Assembly (NCBI GenBank): GCA_048941015.1
Contig: JBHLNZ010000003.1
Coordinates: 32,001 to 96,000, forward strand
Length of the DNA stretch: 64,000 nucleotides
Direction of reading: 5' to 3'
From: Promethearchaeota archaeon
Lineage (GTDB): Archaea > Asgardarchaeota > Lokiarchaeia > Sigyniarchaeales > SOKP01
This document shows, one piece after another, positions 10,152-19,412 of the stretch (its first letter is position 1; every line of letters begins with the position of its first letter). A model generated the notes under the pieces. The model ran no database searches. It was not told the DNA's origin and was given only the letters and a program-made list of their open reading frames with translations. A program made the position numbers and the translations under genes.

Positions 10152-10619
10152 ACTAATCTTTAAGTAATACTAATTCTAACTTATAATTTAATTTCAAGAA
10201 ATTATTTCGGAGTTTAAAAACATATTTTCATATTTATTATTGTTTTTTTTAGATTTGTATAATCAAGAGAAAGTTGAGAAGGCGTTTGTTTCATTAAAAC
10301 TCCATTCAATAAATCTAATGTGGTTTTTTATAGATCAATACTTCTCAATTATTCTCTAACTTTAAGAGATCTATTAATTTATGTCAGAGTTCTTAACTTA
10401 TCATGTATATAAATCTTTTTGATCATAATTAACATTTAACGAATTTAAGATTGATTAACAATATAATTTAATATCCTAACTTAATATAAAATTAGAATTG
10501 TGTCCTATTATCCTTAGTCTTCTTATAGGATTATACAAAAATTAAAATACCAAATTTAATTATCATTTTTATAATTTATCGCAAAACTGAAAATAATATA
10601 GATAAGTGGCTTTAATAAC

Positions 10620-11447
10620 TTGAGAAATACCTCTTTTAAAATTATAGTTTTCATAATGGTCTGCGTTTTTACTTTCAGTTCAATATTACTTATGGTAGAA
10701 GTGAAAGGTGCTGCTGCTACACTAGACCCTGCTATTGGTAAAGCACCCATTATTGATGGAATTATTGATGGTAATATTAACGAGTGGGAAGAAGCTAGCC
10801 CTGTTTCTATACAATTATATCAAAACCTATCAAATCCACAAAATGGGCTTCCAATTGAGATTAAATGCTTACAACAAGGTGAAGATCTTTATATCTGTGT
10901 TCAATTTGAATTAGAACCTGAAGATTTCAAGGATGATGAATTTTTAGGAATCTTAGTATCAAAAAGCCAATCCGAAGCTGAAGAAGATTTCTTTGATGCA
11001 AAAATAGTGCAATTTTCGAATATCACAACAGGGGAATTTGAATTCAAAGATTATTATATTAACAATTCGATATTTAAAGAGGATGATGACTCAATAATTA
11101 ATGGGAATGGTGCAGCAAATCTAATTAATAATAAAATGACTTATGAATTTTCTTTGCCTGTAATAGATTATGATTATGATATCTATGACCAAGTAATAGA
11201 AGCTCTAAGAACTCGTGCTTTCAAAATAATTTTTGGTAATTCCCCATCATATCCAGAAGGAATTTCACATCAAAATATCATATTAATCAATGTCAAATAC
11301 CCCCCAGAAGAAGATAATACACTTGATATAGACTTAATTTATTTAATTCTAACCATTATTATATTTAGTTTCGTTTTTGTAATATTTGGGTTTCAAGTTT
11401 ACAAGATTGCTTTATTAAAATCACAAATTAAAAGAATTGGGGGATAA
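10620..11447 (+). CDS. Secreted, C-terminally anchored surface protein, possible DOMON/CBM9-like domain
   Basis: N-terminal hydrophobic signal, APIIDG...EW motif, C-terminal TM helix with basic tail. Confidence 0.7.
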   Translation: MRNTSFKIIVFIMVCVFTFSSILLMVEVKGAAATLDPAIGKAPIIDGIIDGNINEWEEASPVSIQLYQNLSNPQNGLPIEIKCLQQGEDLYICVQFELEPEDFKDDEFLGILVSKSQSEAEEDFFDAKIVQFSNITTGEFEFKDYYINNSIFKEDDDSIINGNGAANLINNKMTYEFSLPVIDYDYDIYDQVIEALRTRAFKIIFGNSPSYPEGISHQNIILINVKYPPEEDNTLDIDLIYLILTIIIFSFVFVIFGFQVYKIALLKSQIKRIGG

Positions 11448-11448
11448 T

Positions 11449-11868
11449 ATGTCGAAGATCAGAAAAAATAATAATATAAATAATAAAAATTCGAAAAAAT
11501 CATCCAATTCTGATCAGAAATTCGCTTATAGGACTGTCATTCTATCTGTTATTTTAGCCGGAATTTGCTTAATAGTTTCTTTACTCTTTAATGCTGAAAT
11601 CATTACAATCTTTATGGATCAAGGACTTTTTATGGATATTATAGATATTACAATTAAAGTTGTTTCAATACTATTATTTTTTCTATTCATGATTATAAGT
11701 TTAGGGAATTATAAGGAACTTATAGGTGAGCCTCTCAAATTGGGAAATATAATTATAATTTTTATTATCTCATTATTACAAGCATTTAGGAATTCAATAG
11801 TATTTGGTTTTACCTTAACGGGTTTATTATTTTTGTTAATTTATCTCTATTTTGCCCATGAAGGTTAG
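11449..11868 (+). CDS. Hypothetical membrane protein (about 4 TM)
   Basis: Hydrophobic segments; ATG just after the upstream stop, preceded by GGGGA. Confidence 0.75.
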   Translation: MSKIRKNNNINNKNSKKSSNSDQKFAYRTVILSVILAGICLIVSLLFNAEIITIFMDQGLFMDIIDITIKVVSILLFFLFMIISLGNYKELIGEPLKLGNIIIIFIISLLQAFRNSIVFGFTLTGLLFLLIYLYFAHEG

Positions 11869-11911
11869 AAAATGAAAAATTATAATTAATTTTCAAAAAG
11901 TTGATTAGACA

Positions 11912-12622
11912 ATGTTTTTAATCGGTCATCGGGGTACTAGACTCGATTTTGATGAAAACACAATTGAAGCTTTTAAAATCGCGTTAAAATTTGGTGCAAA
12001 AATCATAGAATTTGATGTTAGAAAATTAAAAGATGATAATTTTGTGATATTTCATGATCATTCCCTTGAAAGAACCACAAACTCTAACGGTTTATTGAAG
12101 AATTTTACTTACCAAGAGATTAAGACAATAAAGACTAAAAAACAAGAACGTAAAATACCATTATTATCTGAAGTATTTGAAAGTTTTAAAGGAAAATGTA
12201 AATTCTTAATTGATCTGAAAGATGAAGGAATTTTTGAAGATATAATCAACCTAATTAATAATTATGATTTATTAGATGATTGTATTTTCAGTGGGAGAAA
12301 TTTAAAGGAGTTAATGATGATTAAACACCAATTACCAAATACTCAAGTATGTTATAATATAACAAAAGGTAGAGATTTAAGCTTATCAGAGTTTTCTAAA
12401 TTAGCCAGTAATGGTAGTTTAATTTTTAAACCGGACTTAATCAGTCTAAAGTCAAATCTAATTGATCTTATATTTATCCAAACTTGTCATAAAAATAATA
12501 TTATGGTTCTAGCTTGGGATTTTATAAATTATTCCAATCCTATTAAAGTTATTAAAGATATTATCAAGATGGGTATTGATGGAATTTTATTTGATAACTA
12601 TAAAAATATTTCTCTCATTTAG
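11912..12622 (+). CDS. Glycerophosphodiester phosphodiesterase family protein
   Basis: IGHRG, ENT, IEFDV, FHD, GIDGILFD. Confidence 0.93.
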   Translation: MFLIGHRGTRLDFDENTIEAFKIALKFGAKIIEFDVRKLKDDNFVIFHDHSLERTTNSNGLLKNFTYQEIKTIKTKKQERKIPLLSEVFESFKGKCKFLIDLKDEGIFEDIINLINNYDLLDDCIFSGRNLKELMMIKHQLPNTQVCYNITKGRDLSLSEFSKLASNGSLIFKPDLISLKSNLIDLIFIQTCHKNNIMVLAWDFINYSNPIKVIKDIIKMGIDGILFDNYKNISLI

Positions 12623-12644
12623 GAGTGGATATAAAGAAAAAATC

Positions 12645-14693
12645 CTATTTTTCGATTTCAGTAGAACCTGAGGGTAAATAAAGGGCAATTTCTGTTTCAG
12701 GTAAAGCTTTTATCCATTTTTTTAAATCTTCCTTAGTTTTTCTAATGAAAAAGGATTTTATCTCTTTTACTAACTTACCTTTTGAAACACCCCCCCTTGA
12801 AGGTTTTATAATTAGATAATTAGAATCTTGTGCTTTAACAGCCTCAATCGGCCCACATATAATTTTAGGATAAAATCTTTTTTTGTCAGGCTCTAAATCT
12901 ACAACCTTTATACTTATTGCTAATTTAGTTTTAGCATTTTTTATAAAATTCTTCTTTCCTATTATCATAAATGATCCTTTTGATAGATATTCACCTGAAG
13001 GTGGACTTTTTGAAACTTGATCAGGTGTTACATAAAATACGTCTACTACATTCCAAGATTCTTTCCAAGCTTTAGAGTAACTGGCGACGAAATCTGCTGT
13101 TTCTTTAATAGTTGTTTCAGGAATTTCTTTAGAATCAGGATTTTTTATAACTGTTAATGGTGAACCTGAAAAATTGGTATGAAAAACTAAATCATCTTGT
13201 TCCAAATATTTTTTATAAATTAGCTCATTCGTGCTAGCATCTCTTCCTCCAATAATTAAAAATCCATCCGAAGATCTAAACCAATGAAATTTTTGATACC
13301 ATTTCTTCTTTGGTTTTTTAATCAAATATTCAAATTCACTCTCCATCGATTCTTTTTCAAGCTTTAAACTTTCTATTTTTTCTTTAGTTTTTTCAATTGC
13401 AGTTAATGTTCCCTTAATTTTTTTTTCTGCTTTCTTTCCCTTTGAATAAATCAAATTCGCATTTTCACCAACACTTTTATATAAATCTAAATAGACTTCC
13501 TCATCATTAATTCTAATAACCAATTGTTGGGTAGCGGATAAGACTCTATCAAAAAATTTCAAACTCTCTAAATTATTAGTTTTAGCTACTATCAATTTGT
13601 TATTTATTTCATCCCAATTATAACCTTTATCCCTTGCATCTTTGATAACAGTAAACAATTTTTCAAGTTGGTTAAAATTAGCATAAATAAAATCTCCAGA
13701 TTCATAATATTTCTTCTTTTTTTTTTTAAGCTCTTCCAAATATTCTAATTGATTTTTTAGTATTTTTTTTTGAGATTTAATACTTTGAATTACCTTTTGA
13801 TCTGAAGGTTTAAAGATTTTAGAAGAATCAATTTTAGAATAATATTCATCAATTGCTTCATTAAAAGAAGGAAAATATATTTTCTTATAATCTTTAAATA
13901 GATTAAGTTCAAATGGAAAAACACCAAGTTCATTATTTTCCTTGTCAAATAAAATGTAACCCTTAATATCTCCAAATAGTAACTTATTTCTCAAATTATT
14001 GAATTCTTTGAATAATCGATTTAATTCTTCACTTTTTAATTCTTTTCCCTTCTTATTCTTATCAATTCTTGCGCTAAAACAAATTTCTTCACTATATAAA
14101 CCAGCTATTGAAATCTTCCTTGCTAAAATTCTCACAACCTCATCATTTGAATTATAAATGATACTTTTGAAGGTTTCTTCATCTATAGTTAAAAAGTTCT
14201 CTCCTCTTAGAGTTGGAAACGAATATGCTCTATTAGGTAAAATGTCTCTCTCTCTTAATCTAGTGTAATTTTTCGCTACTTTCACTATATCATTCTCATC
14301 TAAAATGATATAATTACCTTTATTAAATAATTCTATAACTAAATTCCAATTTTTACCTTCAAAACTACTTAATTCTAAGACTATAATTCTATCAAAATCA
14401 TGTTGAAAAATACGTAAAATTTTTCTATTTTTTAAAAATTTTCTCATTGAAATTACGAATTGAGAGGGATATTTAGGAATAGGATAATCATAATTTGTTA
14501 AATTGATTCTAGAATCATTTTCAATAATTAAATTTCTTTTACCTAATGAAGGGCTATTAATTTTTAAAAGTAATAGATCATCAATTTCATATATATTTAT
14601 TATTGTTCCATCAGAAAGTTTTTTATCTAATTCTCTTGTAATTGTATATACATCAAAGTTAGAAAAATTAGTAATCCTTTTCATATTCACCAT
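12645..14693 (-). CDS. rqcH: Ribosome quality control protein RqcH/NEMF (NFACT family)
   Basis: FDRII, ELFNKGN, KKWYQKFHWF, GGRDA, VSKSPPSGEYL.KGSFMI. Confidence 0.93.
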   Translation of the reverse strand: MVNMKRITNFSNFDVYTITRELDKKLSDGTIINIYEIDDLLLLKINSPSLGKRNLIIENDSRINLTNYDYPIPKYPSQFVISMRKFLKNRKILRIFQHDFDRIIVLELSSFEGKNWNLVIELFNKGNYIILDENDIVKVAKNYTRLRERDILPNRAYSFPTLRGENFLTIDEETFKSIIYNSNDEVVRILARKISIAGLYSEEICFSARIDKNKKGKELKSEELNRLFKEFNNLRNKLLFGDIKGYILFDKENNELGVFPFELNLFKDYKKIYFPSFNEAIDEYYSKIDSSKIFKPSDQKVIQSIKSQKKILKNQLEYLEELKKKKKKYYESGDFIYANFNQLEKLFTVIKDARDKGYNWDEINNKLIVAKTNNLESLKFFDRVLSATQQLVIRINDEEVYLDLYKSVGENANLIYSKGKKAEKKIKGTLTAIEKTKEKIESLKLEKESMESEFEYLIKKPKKKWYQKFHWFRSSDGFLIIGGRDASTNELIYKKYLEQDDLVFHTNFSGSPLTVIKNPDSKEIPETTIKETADFVASYSKAWKESWNVVDVFYVTPDQVSKSPPSGEYLSKGSFMIIGKKNFIKNAKTKLAISIKVVDLEPDKKRFYPKIICGPIEAVKAQDSNYLIIKPSRGGVSKGKLVKEIKSFFIRKTKEDLKKWIKALPETEIALYLPSGSTEIEK

Positions 14694-14754
14694 TTTATTA
14701 TAAGAATATGATATATAATCATTTTTATAATAAATAATATTTATAACAATAACG

Positions 14755-15171
14755 ATGGTTAAAAAAGAAAAGCGTTTAAAAAGAGTTAATATTAAAAGAG
14801 AGCGTCAAAAGTTAATAAAAGAAAAGAAAAAACAATTTCAAATACAAGATCTACAAGTAGATAAAAAGTCTGAAAAAAAAATAGACATTAGACTTCAGAA
14901 AGAAACAAAGTTGTATTGGATAAGGGCAATTTCAGGTGCTTTAAGTGCGTTCATTGGAATCTTGATAGGTCTCGTAGGCTGGATATTATTGATATGGATG
15001 TTATGTTTTTGGTTTATAACGCCCTTTTTCGTAAGTTTTTTAATATTTAGGTATAAATATAATAAAGAAGAATGGAATTGGAAGAATATCATAAAACCTG
15101 GTTTGGGAATATTTTTCTTCTTATTTATGATTGTGGGTGTAATTACTTTTACTTTTTTAGCTTTTCTTTAG
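14755..15171 (+). CDS. EMC6/RAB5IF(OPTI)-like 3-TM membrane protein
   Basis: Basic N-tail, then LYWIR...GILIGLVG and final GLGIFFFLFMIVGVITFT, resembling the Rab5ip/EMC6 pattern. Confidence 0.6.
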   Translation: MVKKEKRLKRVNIKRERQKLIKEKKKQFQIQDLQVDKKSEKKIDIRLQKETKLYWIRAISGALSAFIGILIGLVGWILLIWMLCFWFITPFFVSFLIFRYKYNKEEWNWKNIIKPGLGIFFFLFMIVGVITFTFLAFL

Positions 15172-15172
15172 T

Positions 15173-15685
15173 TTATTTATTTAATTGAATTATTTGTTTA
15201 ACTTTTTTCTCGACTTTTTCTCCAGAGCTAAAAACAATTTCTTCTAATTTATAAATCCGATTACAATAGACACACTGAATTTTTAATGGTTTTTCTTCTA
15301 ATACTATAAATTCAGTTTCAATAGGTTCTTTATCTGAATTAGAAATGCATGTTTTATTCTGACATAAAATTAATCTCTCAATAATTTTTGGAATCTTTAC
15401 TTTTTTCTTTTCTATAACATGATAATCTTCTATTAATGAAATAGTTGCATTCGGGGAAAGAATAGAAATTTGCTGCATTTGAATTTCATTAAGGAAAGCG
15501 CCTTCTATCTTAATTATATCTTTCTTTTGATATTTTTTAGATGATACATTTACTCCTATTGTCATAAGGTCTGGGGATTCATCTAAACCTGTCAAATTAA
15601 GGATAGTTAAAGCATAACCTGCATCAATATGGTCAATAACGGTTCCCTTCTTTATTTTATCAATTTTAAGTTTTTCTTCTAACAT
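15173..15685 (-). CDS. pyrI: Aspartate carbamoyltransferase regulatory chain
   Basis: IKKGTVIDHI, KKDIIKIE, CxNxxCIS, CxYC; start moved to ATG 15685. Confidence 0.95.
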   Translation of the reverse strand: MLEEKLKIDKIKKGTVIDHIDAGYALTILNLTGLDESPDLMTIGVNVSSKKYQKKDIIKIEGAFLNEIQMQQISILSPNATISLIEDYHVIEKKKVKIPKIIERLILCQNKTCISNSDKEPIETEFIVLEEKPLKIQCVYCNRIYKLEEIVFSSGEKVEKKVKQIIQLNK

Positions 15686-15746
15686 AATTCTGTAGATTAA
15701 ATTATTTTTTAATTGAAAAAATTTTTGAAAAAATCTTATTCTTTCT

Positions 15747-16829
15747 CTATATAATAATGAATGATACAAAAAATAAAATAGTTGATAAAACAAAATTATA
15801 AGATAAATTATCATCAATTTCTAAATCTAAATAATCTAAAAGTCCTATTATTAGGGCGCCAATGGTTGGTATTAGAAAAAATCCTAAAAGACTTGTAATA
15901 AAAAATTCTCTTAATAAGATTAGTATGATAATCCCTGAGATAAAGGCTGTTATCATTCCTGCAAATAATCCCTCATAGGTTTTGTTTGTTTTTCGAATCT
16001 TTTTCTTCCCCAACAACCTACCAATAAGATTTGAATTTGTATCTCCAAAAATCCCCATAGTCATAGATGTGCATATTATTAAAGGCCCAATTGGTTGAAA
16101 TAATCCATATAAAATAATAATAGAAAAACAACCAATACTCATAGAAATATGAGGGCCAAGTCTCATATGTAATTCTTTTTCTCTTAAAATTCGATTTACA
16201 GGTTTTAATGGATAAATATTAGGTTTTAAAATTCTAACAAAATCTACTGTCAATAAACTTATTAGAGAAATTCCTACTAAAGAAACCACTAAGTATTGAG
16301 TAAAGATCATTTTATCTCCCTCAATATTATAAACAGAAAAAAATAAATCTGAAAAAAAATCAGGTAGTAATTGAAATATATAAATAAAAAAATGTTGGAC
16401 CAAAAATCCTAGAGTAAAATAAAAAAAAATAATGGTTAAAACGACAAGATGACTCAACTTTCTATAAATTTCGTATTTTAAGGGTAATTGTTTAATAACC
16501 TGTTTTTCAGAAATCATTTCCAAATTCTTACTTAATTTGACCTTTTTGCGTTCCCTAGAAATTAAAAAATAAAAAAAGGGTAAAAAAAGTAGTATAAAAG
16601 TAATAATAAAAATGTCAAATGGAAAAATAATAAAATCAATTGATGATAAATGTGAAAAATTAACAATTATCAAATTGACGGTTATACTTAACAATAAAAT
16701 GAGTCCATTAACAATGTTATTTTGATACGCTCCTTTCTCATCTTTTTTCTTTGCTAAAAAACCAACGTATAAAATCATTAATCCATAAGCATAAAAAGCG
16801 CTTACGATTATAACCGATAATATATTCAA
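15747..16829 (-). CDS. CTP-dependent polyprenol/dolichol/phytol kinase family membrane protein (SEC59/DGK1/VTE5-like)
   Basis: EIYRKLSH, LREKE, GD..S.LIG, KTYEG, DDN motifs. Confidence 0.85.
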   Translation of the reverse strand: MNILSVIIVSAFYAYGLMILYVGFLAKKKDEKGAYQNNIVNGLILLLSITVNLIIVNFSHLSSIDFIIFPFDIFIITFILLFLPFFYFLISRERKKVKLSKNLEMISEKQVIKQLPLKYEIYRKLSHLVVLTIIFFYFTLGFLVQHFFIYIFQLLPDFFSDLFFSVYNIEGDKMIFTQYLVVSLVGISLISLLTVDFVRILKPNIYPLKPVNRILREKELHMRLGPHISMSIGCFSIIILYGLFQPIGPLIICTSMTMGIFGDTNSNLIGRLLGKKKIRKTNKTYEGLFAGMITAFISGIIILILLREFFITSLLGFFLIPTIGALIIGLLDYLDLEIDDNLSYNFVLSTILFFVSFIII

Positions 16830-16924
16830 ATATAAACAAACTCTCGAATTATTAATTATGAAAATTCAATCATTAATATTAACATTTCCATTGAATAAAA
16901 AAAAAGAAATTGAAATATTAAATA

Positions 16925-18337
16925 TTAAAAATTACTCTCATCGATTTTTGGCATTTCTGGAGAATTTAACGCTATTCTAATCTCTTCATCAGGTAATTCA
17001 TAATCTTCTAAATTCCCTGCCATGAACTCCTTATATGCAAGTAAATCAAAATAACCATGTCCACTAAAATTGAACACTATAACCTTCTTTTCGTTGTTTT
17101 CATGAGCTATTAACGCTTGATCCATTACTTCTTTTATTGCATGACATGTTTCAGGAGCAGGAAGTATTCCTTCTGCTTTAGCAAATCTTATTCCTGCTTC
17201 AATAACTTCAGTTTGGTAATGCATATTAGAAGAAATGATTTTATTGTTATGTAAAATCGAAACCAATGGAGCAATTCCGTGATATCTCAATCCTCCTGCA
17301 TGAATCGGATTTGGGATAAATGAATGCCCTAATGTATGCATTTTTAAAATAGGTGCTTGTTTCGCAGAATCACCATAGTCCCAACGGTAATTCCCTTTAC
17401 ATACACTTGGACAAGCACGAGGTTCAACACCTATTATTTCAACATCGGGGAGAATTCCGTGTATCTTTTCTCTAACAAAAGGAAGTGCAAATCCCATAAA
17501 GTTAGAACCGCCCCCCATACAACCGATTAAAATATCAGGTTCCTCTATCCCTGCTTTTTTTAATTGAATCTTAACTTCTTGCCCAACAATCGTTTGATGT
17601 AGACAAACAAAGTTAACCACGCTTCCTAAAGAATACCGTGCTTTATCACTCCTTAAACTATGCTCTATAGCTTCAGATATAGCAATTCCTAAACTACCGG
17701 GATGATCTGGATTGTTATTGTAAAATAATCTTCCCGATGATGTAAATTCTGATGGACTAGGGAGAACTTCAGCATTATAAGATTGCATTAAAATTTTCCT
17801 GCCCGGTTTTTGAAGAAAACTTGCTCTTACCATATATACTGTGCATTTAATATCAAACAAGTTGCATCCGAAAGACAATCCAGATCCCCATTGCCCCGCT
17901 CCCGTTTCAGTAACCAACTCTTCAATTCCATCTTTTTTAGCATAATAAGCTTGAGCTAATGCAGTATTTGGTTTATGTGATCCGGTTGGAGAAACAGATT
18001 CATTTTTGTAAAAAATTTTAACTTTATCATTAAAAATCCCGAGTTCTTTTTCTAAACCAATAGCACGATGGAGCGGTGTAGGTCTATAAGATCTAGCATA
18101 AATTTCACGTAATTCTGCAGGAATAGGTATAATTGGGTCTTGAGAGACTTCTTGAAGGACACATTCTTTCGGAAAAATTGAGAAAGCCATTTCTGGGGGA
18201 GCAGGTTTGCCATCCATTGGATTTATTAATGGTGTCATAGGAGTTGGTAAATCAGGTAAAATATTTACCCATTCTTTTGGAACTTCACTTGGATCCAATA
18301 AAATTCTTGTATTGAAAATATCTACTATTTTAATCAC
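16925..18337 (-). CDS. trpB2: Tryptophan synthase beta, TrpB2 type (true start possibly ATA 18328)
   Basis: YRPTPL, SPTGSHKPN, TETGAGQWG, GGGSN, IHAGGLRYHG, NFSGHG. Confidence 0.95.
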   Translation of the reverse strand: MIKIVDIFNTRILLDPSEVPKEWVNILPDLPTPMTPLINPMDGKPAPPEMAFSIFPKECVLQEVSQDPIIPIPAELREIYARSYRPTPLHRAIGLEKELGIFNDKVKIFYKNESVSPTGSHKPNTALAQAYYAKKDGIEELVTETGAGQWGSGLSFGCNLFDIKCTVYMVRASFLQKPGRKILMQSYNAEVLPSPSEFTSSGRLFYNNNPDHPGSLGIAISEAIEHSLRSDKARYSLGSVVNFVCLHQTIVGQEVKIQLKKAGIEEPDILIGCMGGGSNFMGFALPFVREKIHGILPDVEIIGVEPRACPSVCKGNYRWDYGDSAKQAPILKMHTLGHSFIPNPIHAGGLRYHGIAPLVSILHNNKIISSNMHYQTEVIEAGIRFAKAEGILPAPETCHAIKEVMDQALIAHENNEKKVIVFNFSGHGYFDLLAYKEFMAGNLEDYELPDEEIRIALNSPEMPKIDESNF

Positions 18338-18434
18338 CTTTTAAAATTGTTTTTTTTTAAATTAAATGTGTATCATTCTTATATTGGAGTTCAATATAAT
18401 CAATGCCCATTTGGCACTCAGAAAGATATCTCTT

Positions 18435-18465
18435 TTTTAAATTAAAAGTAAAAAAGGGAAAAATA
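18435..18465 (-). terminator. Oligo-U tract between leader peptide and trpB2 (candidate attenuator terminator)
   Basis: Minus strand TCTATTTTTCCCTTTTTTACTTTTAATTT about 20 nt after the leader stop. Confidence 0.5.
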
Positions 18466-18482
18466 GATAATCTAAATATGAT

Positions 18483-18557
18483 TTAAACCAATGAAAAGAG
18501 CGTTCTTTTACGCCATTGCCACTGCCAACGCCAAAAAGACTTAATTTCAGTAGCCAT
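18483..18557 (-). CDS. Trp-rich leader peptide MATEIKSFWRWQWQWRKRTLFSLV (trpL-like)
   Basis: 24 codons with four TGG within 7 codons; 146 nt upstream of trpB2 on the same strand. Confidence 0.85.
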   Translation of the reverse strand: MATEIKSFWRWQWQWRKRTLFSLV

Positions 18558-18606
18558 GATAAAAAATCATATTTTTATTTAATAAAATTACAACATGCTC
18601 GTTAAC

Positions 18607-18620
18607 TTATAAATTTATTC
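18607..18620 (-). promoter_or_regulatory. BRE/TATA for the leader-trpB2 transcript
   Basis: GAATAAA-TTTATAA on the minus strand, about 50 nt upstream of the leader ATG. Confidence 0.5.
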
Positions 18621-18641
18621 TTCAAAATAGTCAAAAATAAT

Positions 18642-19046
18642 TTATCTTCCTTCAAATATTTTACCTAAATTTTTTGATGCAACGCGCATTACTTTAACAG
18701 TTTTCATTAAAGTATCTATTATCGTTCCGGCACAAACTATAACTAACCGACCGGCATTACTAATTACTATATATCCATTTTCAGCTCTTACTATAATTTC
18801 GCTTAATTCCTCTTGAAATAAACTCTGAATTGTCGAACTTCCAGTCATCAATAAAGCACTAGCAAGTCCACAGAATTGATCCCCATCGACATGATATTGG
18901 GGCAGTGCGGAAAATGCTATTTGATATCCTTCTTGAGAGACTAAAGCAATAGCTTCGATATCTGCGTTTGAAGTAATAAAAGTAATCTGAGGGCTAATTT
19001 TTTCAATATCTTCATTGGTAATTCCTAAATCCGACCCAAACTGCAT
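18642..19046 (-). CDS. Roadblock/LC7 domain protein
   Basis: IEAIALVSQEGYQI, LASALL, EIIVRAENGYIVI. Confidence 0.9.
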   Translation of the reverse strand: MQFGSDLGITNEDIEKISPQITFITSNADIEAIALVSQEGYQIAFSALPQYHVDGDQFCGLASALLMTGSSTIQSLFQEELSEIIVRAENGYIVISNAGRLVIVCAGTIIDTLMKTVKVMRVASKNLGKIFEGR

Positions 19047-19412
19047 TTTATTTTAAACCATTTTGATTAATTAAAATTTAAAAATTTAACTTTATTATAG
19101 AATTAATTAAAATGCATTTATTTATTTATTTTCAAAAAAAAAAATTTATCTAATTAATCAAATTACCTAAATTCTCATAAGAATACCCAAATATTTAGTA
19201 CTATTGATTAAAATTTACTTCTAATCTTTTTCTAACTTGTAAATCATTCAAATAAAACTCTAGAATAAAATTATTTTCCTTTCATTGAAAGATAATGCTT
19301 TTTCGTTTCAAAACAACCAAAAAAACAGATCCAAAAAATTATTTTCAGATTGCTAAAAATTAAAATTAATTAATTTTATTTTTTATAAAATCAAATTAAA
19401 AAAAATAAAAAA

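Noticed and set aside
15686-15817. N-terminal extension of PyrI in the ORF track
   Set aside because: Overlaps the upstream gene and is low complexity; homology starts at MLEEKLKI
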